Positions 1-6,712 of a DNA stretch of 28,740 bases are shown here, one piece after another. Where the stretch lies: positions 1 through 28,740 of the forward strand of contig JBFXAM010000055.1 of the NCBI GenBank assembly GCA_050184295.1, in the 5' to 3' direction. The notes beneath the pieces are model-generated. The model had not been told where the DNA came from and searched no databases. It saw only the letters and a list, made by a program, of their open reading frames with translations. The DNA comes from Phycisphaerae bacterium (GTDB lineage: Bacteria > Planctomycetota > Phycisphaerae > UBA1845 > Fen-1342). The translations under genes were made by a program, and so were the position numbers. Each line of letters opens with the position of its first letter. Position 1 is the stretch's first letter.

Positions 1-56
1 CAGGATGTTCGCGTGAAAGATCCATGCGGCGCGATTCTACCCTCGGTCCGGCGCGC

Positions 57-158
57 CGGACCGGTGGCGCGGACCCGCCGCTTGACACCGCGGACCGGTG
101 GCGCGGAACAACCGCCCCTCGCGCCGGACCGGTGGCGCAGACCCGGCCCTTGGCGCGG
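57..158. repeat. Three tandem 34-bp direct repeats (units 57-90, 91-124, 125-158) sharing a 17-bp core CGGACCGGTGGCGCRGA; a degenerate partial core recurs at 171-184
   Basis: Read directly from the sequence: cggaccggtggcgc(g/a)ga recurs with an exact 34-bp period. The 17-bp variable tails are related to one another (CCCGCCGCTTGACACCG / ACAACCGCCCCTCGCGC / CCCGGCCCTTGGCGCGG). The core contains the palindrome ACCGGT. The repeats sit in the 275-bp non-coding stretch 3' of the minus-strand gene 276..1106. Confidence 0.75.
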
Positions 159-275
159 CGGGTGCTGATGCGGACCGCTCGCACGGGGCGCCGGCGGCTT
201 CGATCGGAGCCCGGTGCGCCACGCACGGGGCCCGATCCGGTGCGTGCCATGCGGCGTCGCCATCGACCGCAAAGC

Positions 276-1106
276 TCAATCGACGGGCAACGGCGGCCGG
301 CGGGCGCCGAAGAGCCGCCCGACGCGCTCGTTCACCCAGCTCCAGGCGTTCAGAAAGTCGAACACCGTCCAGCCGCCGCCCGCGGTGCCGATGCGGATGC
401 CGTTGTTTGTCGGCGCCATCAGCGCGGCGAGCACCTGCTCGGCGTTCTCGGGCGTGGTCTTCATGCCGTTCACAACCGGCCAGCCGCCCGGCCGCGGCGT
501 GGCGTTTCCGGTGCAGCGGACGACGATGCGATTGCCGAAGTCGACGGCGAAGCTGCGGGTGCGATGCCGACAGGCCCGCGGCGTCGCCGACCCAGCGCGC
601 GAACGCGCATCGGGCGGTAGTGTGGGAGCCGCAGCGACCGCGCCGGACTTTCCCGGCGCTGCAACGCCCCCGACGGAACCGCGGCCGGGCGTGTCCGACG
701 CGGCAACGACTCCGACTGAACCGCTGCCGAGCGCGGATGTCGCGGCCGGGGGCGCGCTGGTCGAGTTCGCGAAGCGGAGCGCTGGATAGCGTGCGGCGAT
801 CCAGCGCGGCGGCTTGAGCTCCCAGCGCTCGAAGCCGCGCACTTCGCTGCACTCCGCACAGGTGAATGTCATTTTCCCGCGATAGATGCCGCGCGGGGCG
901 AATGCGAAGGCCAGGCCGCCGATGGCCGCCAGCGCGCTGAGCAGCAGGACGATCCGCCCATAGCGCCGGCGGCCGCGAAGCTGATACGTGGTCGCGTCGG
1001 CGGGATCGAACTTTCGTCCGCACTCCGGACAGATCGGCGCCGCGAGCCCGCGCAGCAGATAGCCGCAGCCGCGGCAGCGTGCATGTTCGGGGAGTAATGT
1101 CGACAT
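276..1106 (-). CDS. Hypothetical membrane-anchored protein with an N-terminal zinc-ribbon (276 aa)
   Basis: ORF 276..1190(-) trimmed to the internal ATG at 1106 (MSTLLPEH...). That ATG overlaps the thiE stop codon by 1 nt (TGATG), which suggests translational coupling. The N-terminus carries C-x2-C ... C-x2-C (CRGCGYLLRGLAAPICPECG). One hydrophobic TM segment is present (IVLLLSALAAIGGLAFAFA), followed by a second CxxC (CAEC). An Ala/Gly/Ser/Pro-rich linker leads to a W-rich C-terminal ~80 aa (GGGWTVFDFLNAWSWVNE). I recognise no named family. Confidence 0.6.
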   Translation of the reverse strand: MSTLLPEHARCRGCGYLLRGLAAPICPECGRKFDPADATTYQLRGRRRYGRIVLLLSALAAIGGLAFAFAPRGIYRGKMTFTCAECSEVRGFERWELKPPRWIAARYPALRFANSTSAPPAATSALGSGSVGVVAASDTPGRGSVGGVAAPGKSGAVAAAPTLPPDARSRAGSATPRACRHRTRSFAVDFGNRIVVRCTGNATPRPGGWPVVNGMKTTPENAEQVLAALMAPTNNGIRIGTAGGGWTVFDFLNAWSWVNERVGRLFGARRPPLPVD

Positions 1107-2170
1107 CACGTTCTTCCTTCGGTCACGAACTGCTCGCAGAGCCCACGCGCCGCCGCCGCCGGATCGGCCGCCGCGATCACGGCGGCGCACACGCAGATGG
1201 CGCTCGCACCAGCGTCCTTGAGCGCGCCGGCGGTCGCGGCCGTGATGCCGCCGATCGCGACCACGGGGGCCGCGGTTCGACCTGCGGCGTAGCGCAGCGT
1301 CGCTTCGCCGGCGATGTGCTCCTGGGGCTTTGTCGCGGTGGGGAACATCGGTCCGACGGCGAGGTAATCGGGCGGGTCGGCGAGCGCCGCGTCAATCTGC
1401 TCGCGCGTGTGCGTGCTGCGCCCGATCAGCATTCGCGGGCCCGCGATCGACCGCGCCTGCGCGACCGACACGTCATCCTGTCCGACGTGCACGCCGTCGG
1501 CGCCCGCCAGCCGGGCGAGATCGGGGCGGTCGTTCAGAATCAGCAGCGCGCCGTGCTGGTCGGACACGGCGCGGAGCAGTGCCGCGCGGCGGAGCAGCTC
1601 GGCGTCGGAGAGCCGCTTTTCGCGCAGCTGAATGCACGTTGCACCGCCGACCAGCGCGGCTTCGGCGGTTTCGATCCACGGTCGGCGGCAGAGCGACTCG
1701 GTCACGATCACGTAAAGGCGCACGGCGCGAAACCGCGCGCGGGGCGCGCCTCGCAGCCGCAAGCGCTGCTCGAGCTCATACACGCGGTAGCGGATGTTCT
1801 CCGCGGCGCGGCTGGCGTCGGCGGCGTGCGGCGCTCCGCTGTTGTCGAGCTTCGCATATTCGCTGATCGAGCGCGCGGCCTCGGCGGCGCGCCCGAGTGC
1901 CGCGTGCAGGACGGCATCCGCGTCGGCGCGTGCCAGTTCCCCGACGTGCTTCTCATCGCGTCCGACGTCGGCGAGGATGTCGCGCGCTGCGAGCAGCGCC
2001 GCGGGCCCGATTCGCGCGGCGATCCCGGCGATCTCGTGGCGCAGCGACTTGGCCGTCGCGGCGGCGTCGCGATCGTCGAGCGCGAAGCGTGCGTGGTCTT
2101 CCACGACGCGCAGCGCCTCGCGCGCCCGGTTGAGATTGACGTCGACGATGCGCAACACCGCGGGGTCCAT
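1106..2170 (-). CDS. thiE: Thiamine-phosphate synthase (ThiE, TMP-TENI family) with an unusual N-terminal extension of about 130 aa
   Basis: ORF 1106..2443(-) trimmed to ATG 2170 (MDPAVLRIVDVNL...). The C-terminal ~215 aa carry ThiE/TIM-barrel hallmarks: ALVGGATCIQLREK, LLILNDRPDLARLAGADGVHVGQDD, DYLAVGPMFPTATK and VVAIGGI. The N-terminal ~130 aa are a helical region with no family I can name. Confidence 0.8.
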   Translation of the reverse strand: MDPAVLRIVDVNLNRAREALRVVEDHARFALDDRDAAATAKSLRHEIAGIAARIGPAALLAARDILADVGRDEKHVGELARADADAVLHAALGRAAEAARSISEYAKLDNSGAPHAADASRAAENIRYRVYELEQRLRLRGAPRARFRAVRLYVIVTESLCRRPWIETAEAALVGGATCIQLREKRLSDAELLRRAALLRAVSDQHGALLILNDRPDLARLAGADGVHVGQDDVSVAQARSIAGPRMLIGRSTHTREQIDAALADPPDYLAVGPMFPTATKPQEHIAGEATLRYAAGRTAAPVVAIGGITAATAGALKDAGASAICVCAAVIAAADPAAAARGLCEQFVTEGRT

Positions 2171-2444
2171 CGATGCTCCCGGGGGACGGTGGCTGCTCGA
2201 AAGCGCGCGGCCCGGATCGAGAATCGGGTAGGGGGTCGGTTTGATCCGGGGGGCACGGGCGGCTCGCCCGTGTCGTCCGCATGAACGGGCGAGACGCCCG
2301 GACCACCCTCTCAGATTCACGTTTTCACGAAACTGACCCACTACCAAGAATCGCGCGACGGCGGCGTCATCGCCGCAGCGAGCGCCGCGATTCGCCGCCG
2401 GAGCCGGCACCCCATGCGGCGCCCGCGCCCGCTTGCGGTTCACA

Positions 2445-2867
2445 CTACCACGCGAACTTTTCAGCCAGCAATTGGGCGAGCGCGACGACGACCGGCATCG
2501 CGGTCAGCGCGACGCACCACTCGGCGAGCTGGCGCCCGGTCGCGGCGCGCCGCCGGCCGACCACTTCGCAGAGCCCGATCACGAATAGCGTGACGCCGAA
2601 CTTGAACGCGGACGTGCCGGGCAGCCCGCCGTGCTCGATGATCCACTCGGCGAGCGGGTTTTCCTCGCGCCCGTCGAGGTGCAGGATCATCCACGTGCAC
2701 ATGAGATCGAGCGACGCGAGGAACACGAACCACACGTACACGTCGGGATACAGCACCGCGCGACGCCACCAGGGTCGCATGTCCGCCGCGCGCGGCGCGG
2801 CCTGCGCCACGGCGGCGGCCACCGGCGGTTCACGAATCTCGGAAGCGGGAGGCGTCGTTGCACTCAT
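2445..2867 (-). CDS. Small integral membrane protein, DUF5658-like (140 aa)
   Basis: ORF 2445..3104(-) trimmed to ATG 2867 (MSATTPPASE...). It has a WWRR motif, then hydrophobic helices with LD..CT...LHLDGREENPL...G...FKFGVTLFVIGL. This matches the LDxxT...ExNP pattern I associate with DUF5658 membrane proteins common in Planctomycetota. The gene lies upstream of thiE on the same strand. Confidence 0.55.
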   Translation of the reverse strand: MSATTPPASEIREPPVAAAVAQAAPRAADMRPWWRRAVLYPDVYVWFVFLASLDLMCTWMILHLDGREENPLAEWIIEHGGLPGTSAFKFGVTLFVIGLCEVVGRRRAATGRQLAEWCVALTAMPVVVALAQLLAEKFAW

Positions 2868-3087
2868 GAACGTTCGGCCCTCGGCAACCCACCGATTGTA
2901 AGCAATCCGCTGGAAAACAGGACGGCCGCGGGCCTCGGGGAGAGCCCATTGCGTCCGGCGCGCAAGCGTGGCGGCAAGCCTGTCAGCGGCGTGCGACCGC
3001 GGCCGGGCACGTTCCCCCGGCCGCGCGCGCCGGATTCGGACCCCGGTCGCGTCGCGCGGCGCGCCGATCGGCCGGCATAATGGCGAA

Positions 3088-3591
3088 ATGGTCATCCGGC
3101 TCAAACGCCTGGAGAACGGCGTCGTGCTGACGCTCCTGCGCGACGCGGCGGCGCCCGCGGTGCAGCGCAGCGGTCACGGCGGGTTCTTCGCCTTCCACGA
3201 CCTGCTGCACTACGCGGTCGAAACGACGCTCGGACTGCAACAGGCGTTTTACGGTCTCATGGCCGCGGGCAGGGATTTCGAGACGTTCGGCGACCGAAGC
3301 GACCCGCGCTATCGGGCGATGCCCGCGGAAGCGCTCTTCGCCGAGCAGCTCGTGGACGTGCTCGCTCGGCGGCTGGGAGACCCCGCTCGCCGCGACGCCG
3401 ACCTGTGGGAGCTTTGGGTGGGCGAAGTGAACGACGAGTCGGCGACAGTGCTGGCGGGCACGGAGTTCGCGGATCGCCGGCTCGAGCGCGATGAGCTGGC
3501 GGAGATCGCGCGACGCTTCGACGTGCTCGCGCAGCGCTGGGCGGAGACGCCGCTCGGCGGACATCTCGAGCTGCTGTGGCCGGGCGTATGA
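3088..3591 (+). CDS. Hypothetical protein (167 aa)
   Basis: ORF 2968..3591(+) trimmed to ATG 3088 (MVIRLKRLENGVV...). The Arg-rich upstream part looks like non-coding GC noise. The composition is coding-like and there is no TM segment or signal peptide. I recognise no family. Confidence 0.5.
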   Translation: MVIRLKRLENGVVLTLLRDAAAPAVQRSGHGGFFAFHDLLHYAVETTLGLQQAFYGLMAAGRDFETFGDRSDPRYRAMPAEALFAEQLVDVLARRLGDPARRDADLWELWVGEVNDESATVLAGTEFADRRLERDELAEIARRFDVLAQRWAETPLGGHLELLWPGV

Positions 3592-3772
3592 GCGGGTCAC
3601 GCGCCGGACGTGGGACGGACGCGTGACTACAACTCGCGCACGCGGTACGCAAGGCGCCGGGCTGCTGCGCGCGTCGATCAGAACTCCGTGAGCGGGTGTG
3701 GAGCCGCTTGGCCAACCCCTCACGTCGTGGGTTCCGTGGGGCGCGCGCAGCGCGCCGTGACGACGCCGGGCG

Positions 3773-4198
3773 TCAAGGGGCTGGCAGCACGGAGATATTC
3801 GATCCGCACTGATTCCAGCCGCCCGGCTCGCGGCGGTAGATGTCGACCGATCGCAGCGGCAGCTCCTGTTCCGCGCCGCTGTCATCGGTGTACCAGAAGC
3901 GTGCGACGTAGAACACCACCGCGAGGTCGCCGTGGACCGCAATGTCGTGGTCCGTCAGTTCGTAGCGCGTTCCGCGGAAGTGTCTCAGCGCGTCATCGGC
4001 GGCCTGCATGTAGGCGTCGAGACCGCGCACCATGGCCGTGCTCCGCACCTGAAAGCCGCGCCAGTCGGTCGTGTGGCCGCGGCGGATCGTCTCGCGGTCC
4101 TTGTCGACGAACGCGCGAAACAAACGATGGATGTGCGCCAGAATCTGCTCGGCGTCGGTCGGCGTCGCGGCCGTTGAAGCCGCAGAACTGTCGGTCAC
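3773..4198 (-). CDS. SnoaL-like / NTF2-fold protein (DUF4440 / ketosteroid-isomerase-like), 141 aa
   Basis: ORF 3773..4303(-). Start assigned to GTG 4198, which is preceded by AAGGAG with a 7-nt spacer (minus strand aaggagcgagctcGTGaccgac). The protein has NTF2-like motifs: ILAHIHRLFRAFVDKDRETI, DIAVHGDLAVVFYVARFWYTDDSG and LRSVDIYRREPGGW. Confidence 0.7.
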   Translation of the reverse strand: MTDSSAASTAATPTDAEQILAHIHRLFRAFVDKDRETIRRGHTTDWRGFQVRSTAMVRGLDAYMQAADDALRHFRGTRYELTDHDIAVHGDLAVVFYVARFWYTDDSGAEQELPLRSVDIYRREPGGWNQCGSNISVLPAP

Positions 4199-4313
4199 GA
4201 GCTCGCTCCTTGAAGATTGCCCGGACGCGCAGCGCCGGTGCGCTGGCGCGGTCCGCACTCGGCCGCCAGCACCTGGGTCGCCGCGCGGCGACGGGCTGCA
4301 CAAAAACCAACGG

Positions 4314-4475
4314 TCACCGGCCGGCCGGCGGCGGCGCCGGCTTCGCCTTGAGCTTCGCGGCGCATTCTTCGCAGCAGACGGCGACTTCGCGCCCGGCGAT
4401 GCGCACCCTCACCACAGCGTCGGTGAGTTCCCAATCGCAGACGGGGCAGCGCGGCTTCGGGTCTTTCGCGGTCAT
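4314..4475 (-). CDS. Small YHS/TRASH-like metal-binding protein (53 aa)
   Basis: ORF 4314..4532(-) trimmed to ATG 4475 (MTAKDPKPRCPVCDWELTDAVVRVRIAGREVAVCCEECAAKLKAKPAPPPAGR). The pattern DP..C.VC....A...IAGREV..CCEEC..K....P fits the YHS-domain consensus (DPVCGM...Y.G..YYFCS..C..KF...P). GGAG lies 7 nt upstream. It sits between the AraC regulator and the SnoaL-like gene on the same strand. Confidence 0.6.
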   Translation of the reverse strand: MTAKDPKPRCPVCDWELTDAVVRVRIAGREVAVCCEECAAKLKAKPAPPPAGR

Positions 4476-4559
4476 GATGGGGCTCCGGTGTGGAGGAATC
4501 CTCGGGGTCGCGCCGCAATTGCGCGACCGCACAACCCGAGTATGCCGCGCTTGCGCCGC

Positions 4560-5456
4560 TCAGGCTTTCGAAATCGTGCTCGTTTCCCGGCACAATCCGG
4601 CGGCGATTCGGCCGCGCGCAGCGGACGGCGTGACGTCGAAGTGCTGTTGGAACGCCGTCGTGAAGTGGCTGTGGCTGGCGAAACCCACCCGAAGCGCGAC
4701 GCGCGCCAGGTCCGGCGCGCCGTCGGCGAGTGCCGGCAGCGTTGCCGCCAGTCGCAGGCGCGTGCGATACGCGTGCAGCGACCGGCCGGTCTGGCGGCGA
4801 AACACGCGCGCCAGATGAAACGGCGACGCCGCGACGATCTCCGCCAGCTCCGCCAGCGTGAGCGGCTCGGCAAAGCGCGTCGCGAGCAGCACCTGCGTGT
4901 CGTTTGCCAGCCGGCGATGCTCGTCGGCGGTGTTCGCGCGCCGCGGGAGCCGCACGCCGCGTACGCGCTGGGCCGCACCAACGACCGCCGCCACGAGCGC
5001 GCCGGCGACTTCTTCGGCGGCGAGCACGTCGCGCGACGGCTGCGCCAGGTGGCGCCGCAGCGCTTCGATCCGCAGCAGCCAGCGCGGCTCGGCGGGCGCG
5101 TGGGTGTAACCAAACCGCAGGTCGGACCGATCGGCGGCGCCGGGATCCAGCGCGGCGAGCACGTCGCGCAGCAGCGCCTCGCGGAGGCGCAGCACCGTGC
5201 AGTCGTCGCCGCCGTCGACGGGGTGGCTCACGCGATAAGGCTCGTCGCGGTTGAAGAACACGACCACGTTGCTGTCGGCCACGAGCGTCGTCGGCCCGAC
5301 GTGCTTGACGAAGACGCCGCGCCGCGGAAACGCCAGCGTGCAGGCGCGCGAGAACTCCTCGGGCGCCGCGGGCGACCGCGGGGCGGCGCAGCAGACGTCG
5401 GCGAGCGCGAGCGCGGGTCCGCGATAGAGCGGCGCGTGGGTGAGCTTCGCGGACAT
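4560..5456 (-). CDS. AraC-family transcriptional regulator (cupin-like N-terminal domain plus C-terminal HTH), 298 aa
   Basis: ORF 4560..5519(-) trimmed to ATG 5456 (MSAKLTHAPLY...). The C-terminus has the typical AraC HTH pair (LTLAELAEIVAASPFHLARVFRRQTGRSLHAYRTRLRL ... VALRVGFASHSHFTTAFQQHFDVTPSAAR). Confidence 0.85.
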   Translation of the reverse strand: MSAKLTHAPLYRGPALALADVCCAAPRSPAAPEEFSRACTLAFPRRGVFVKHVGPTTLVADSNVVVFFNRDEPYRVSHPVDGGDDCTVLRLREALLRDVLAALDPGAADRSDLRFGYTHAPAEPRWLLRIEALRRHLAQPSRDVLAAEEVAGALVAAVVGAAQRVRGVRLPRRANTADEHRRLANDTQVLLATRFAEPLTLAELAEIVAASPFHLARVFRRQTGRSLHAYRTRLRLAATLPALADGAPDLARVALRVGFASHSHFTTAFQQHFDVTPSAARGRIAAGLCRETSTISKA

Positions 5457-5566
5457 GCCGACATTCTGGCGAGTCGACGCGCCGCGAGTCAACGCGTTTC
5501 GCTGCGGACCGGGTTGCACGGCGGAGACCGCGACCCCGCGCGGCCGCCAACGCCGACCCGGTCCGA

Positions 5567-5595
5567 GATTCCGCTCCCGCGCGGCGCGACTATAC
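5567..5595 (+). promoter_or_regulatory. Possible sigma70-type promoter for the PPIase gene (-10 TATACT at 5590-5595; weak -35 around 5567-5572)
   Basis: TATACT lies 22 nt upstream of ATG 5618 and GGAG at 5605-5608. The -35 match is poor. This sits in the divergent intergenic region between the AraC gene and the PPIase gene. Confidence 0.25.
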
Positions 5596-5617
5596 TGTTC
5601 CGCTCGGAGACCCAGCC

Positions 5618-6592
5618 ATGAATGTGCGTGTGTTCAACCATCGTTTGCTCGTCGCCGCGGGGACTCTGATCGCGCTGGCCGCGGCGCCCGCCGTTCGCGC
5701 CGGCGACGGCGACGCGCTCGCGATCGTCAACGGCGAATCGATCTCTCGGCAGCAGGTGATCGACGTGTTGCTGGACGCGCACGGCATCGAGATCCTCCAG
5801 CAGGTGCTGCTGGTGGAGCTGTGCAAGCAGGAGTCGAAGCGGCTTGGGCTCGCGGTGACGCGCAGCGACGTGCAACGCGAGTTTGACAACTCGGTCGAGA
5901 AGATCGCCGCCGCCACCGCCGGCCGCGGCGGCGACGCCCCGACGGAGGAGAACAAGCGCCGGGCGTTGCAGGCGATTCTGGAGCAGAAGGGGCTGTCGCA
6001 CGCCGAGTTCATGCTCGGCATGGAGCGCAACGCGCATCTGCGCAAGATCATCGAGAAGGACTTGCAGATCACCGAGGAGACGCTGCGCGAGCAGTTTCGA
6101 CGGACGTATGGCGAGCAGGTGCAGGTGCGGCAGATCGTCGTATCCGAGTCCGCCGAGATCGCCGCCGTGCTCGAACAGCTCAACAAGGGCGTCGAATTCG
6201 CCGACGTGGCGCGGCGTCAGAGCCTGCACCGCGCGTCGGGCGACCAGGGCGGGTTGCTGCCGGCGTTCTCCTTCGACGACGCCAACGTGTCGCCGGCGCT
6301 GCGCGAGCTGGCGTTTCAGATGAAGCCCGGCGAGGTGTCCGCGCCGATTCGCATCGACAACCTGTATCACCTCATCAAGCTGGAGCAGCGCATCGCGCCG
6401 GCGAGCGTCACGTTCGAGGAAAAGCGCGCCGAAGTGGAGCAGCGCCTCCGCGACCGGGTCACGGCGCAGGAGATGAGCCGGCTCGCGAACGACCTGTTTC
6501 AAAGGGCGAAGATCCGCGTGCTGGAGCCGCGGCTGAAGGACAAGTTCGAGGATCTCCGCCGCAGCGTCGCCGCCGAAGCCGCGAAGCCCTGA
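5618..6592 (+). CDS. Periplasmic peptidyl-prolyl cis-trans isomerase of the parvulin type (SurA/PpiD-like chaperone), 324 aa
   Basis: There is a signal peptide (MNVRVFNHRLLVAAGTLIALAAAPAVRAG). The N-terminal SurA-like helical chaperone region is followed by a parvulin rotamase domain (VQVRQIVVSE...GGLLPAFSFDD...FQMKPGEVSAPIRIDNLYHLIKLE). Confidence 0.85.
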   Translation: MNVRVFNHRLLVAAGTLIALAAAPAVRAGDGDALAIVNGESISRQQVIDVLLDAHGIEILQQVLLVELCKQESKRLGLAVTRSDVQREFDNSVEKIAAATAGRGGDAPTEENKRRALQAILEQKGLSHAEFMLGMERNAHLRKIIEKDLQITEETLREQFRRTYGEQVQVRQIVVSESAEIAAVLEQLNKGVEFADVARRQSLHRASGDQGGLLPAFSFDDANVSPALRELAFQMKPGEVSAPIRIDNLYHLIKLEQRIAPASVTFEEKRAEVEQRLRDRVTAQEMSRLANDLFQRAKIRVLEPRLKDKFEDLRRSVAAEAAKP

Positions 6593-6712
6593 GCGGACGC
6601 TCGGCGGTGCCGGGGGTCGTAGGCGGCGGCGCACGACCGGCGCGCCCGGCCGCGGGCGCGTCCCGCTCCGCCTCGCAACGGCGCGGCCGCGCGAACGCAG
6701 CGTATCGGTGCG

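Noticed and set aside
57-158. CRISPR array
   Set aside because: There are only three units. The repeat is 17 bp and the 'spacers' are 17 bp, both far below CRISPR dimensions. The spacers resemble each other, and no cas genes are nearby.
37-1023. Long antisense or out-of-frame ORFs overlapping real genes throughout the window
   Set aside because: Examples are 37..1023(-), 1079..2284(+), 4071..5621(+), 4195..5550(-), 5489..6634(-), 6887..8587(+), 8028..9821(-), 9637..11583(+), 10424..11401(-), 12874..13878(+), 15690..17297(+), 18084..18725(+), 21761..23155(-), 25597..27303(+) and 27734..28405(-). These are Arg/Ala/Pro-rich, low-complexity, stop-free frames that arise by chance at about 70% GC. 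Each overlaps a gene with clear domain content on the other strand or frame.
2221-2440. Possible TPP (THI-box) riboswitch in the thiE leader. The minus-strand RNA contains CUGAGA (reverse complement of 2311-2316).
   Set aside because: The other conserved blocks are absent (GGGGUGC upstream; ACCC...GAACCUGAUC...GGnUAAUnCC...GCGnAGGGA downstream). Only a loose CCGGAUC occurs. A cmsearch with RF00059 would settle it; a bit score above the gathering threshold would overturn this rejection.
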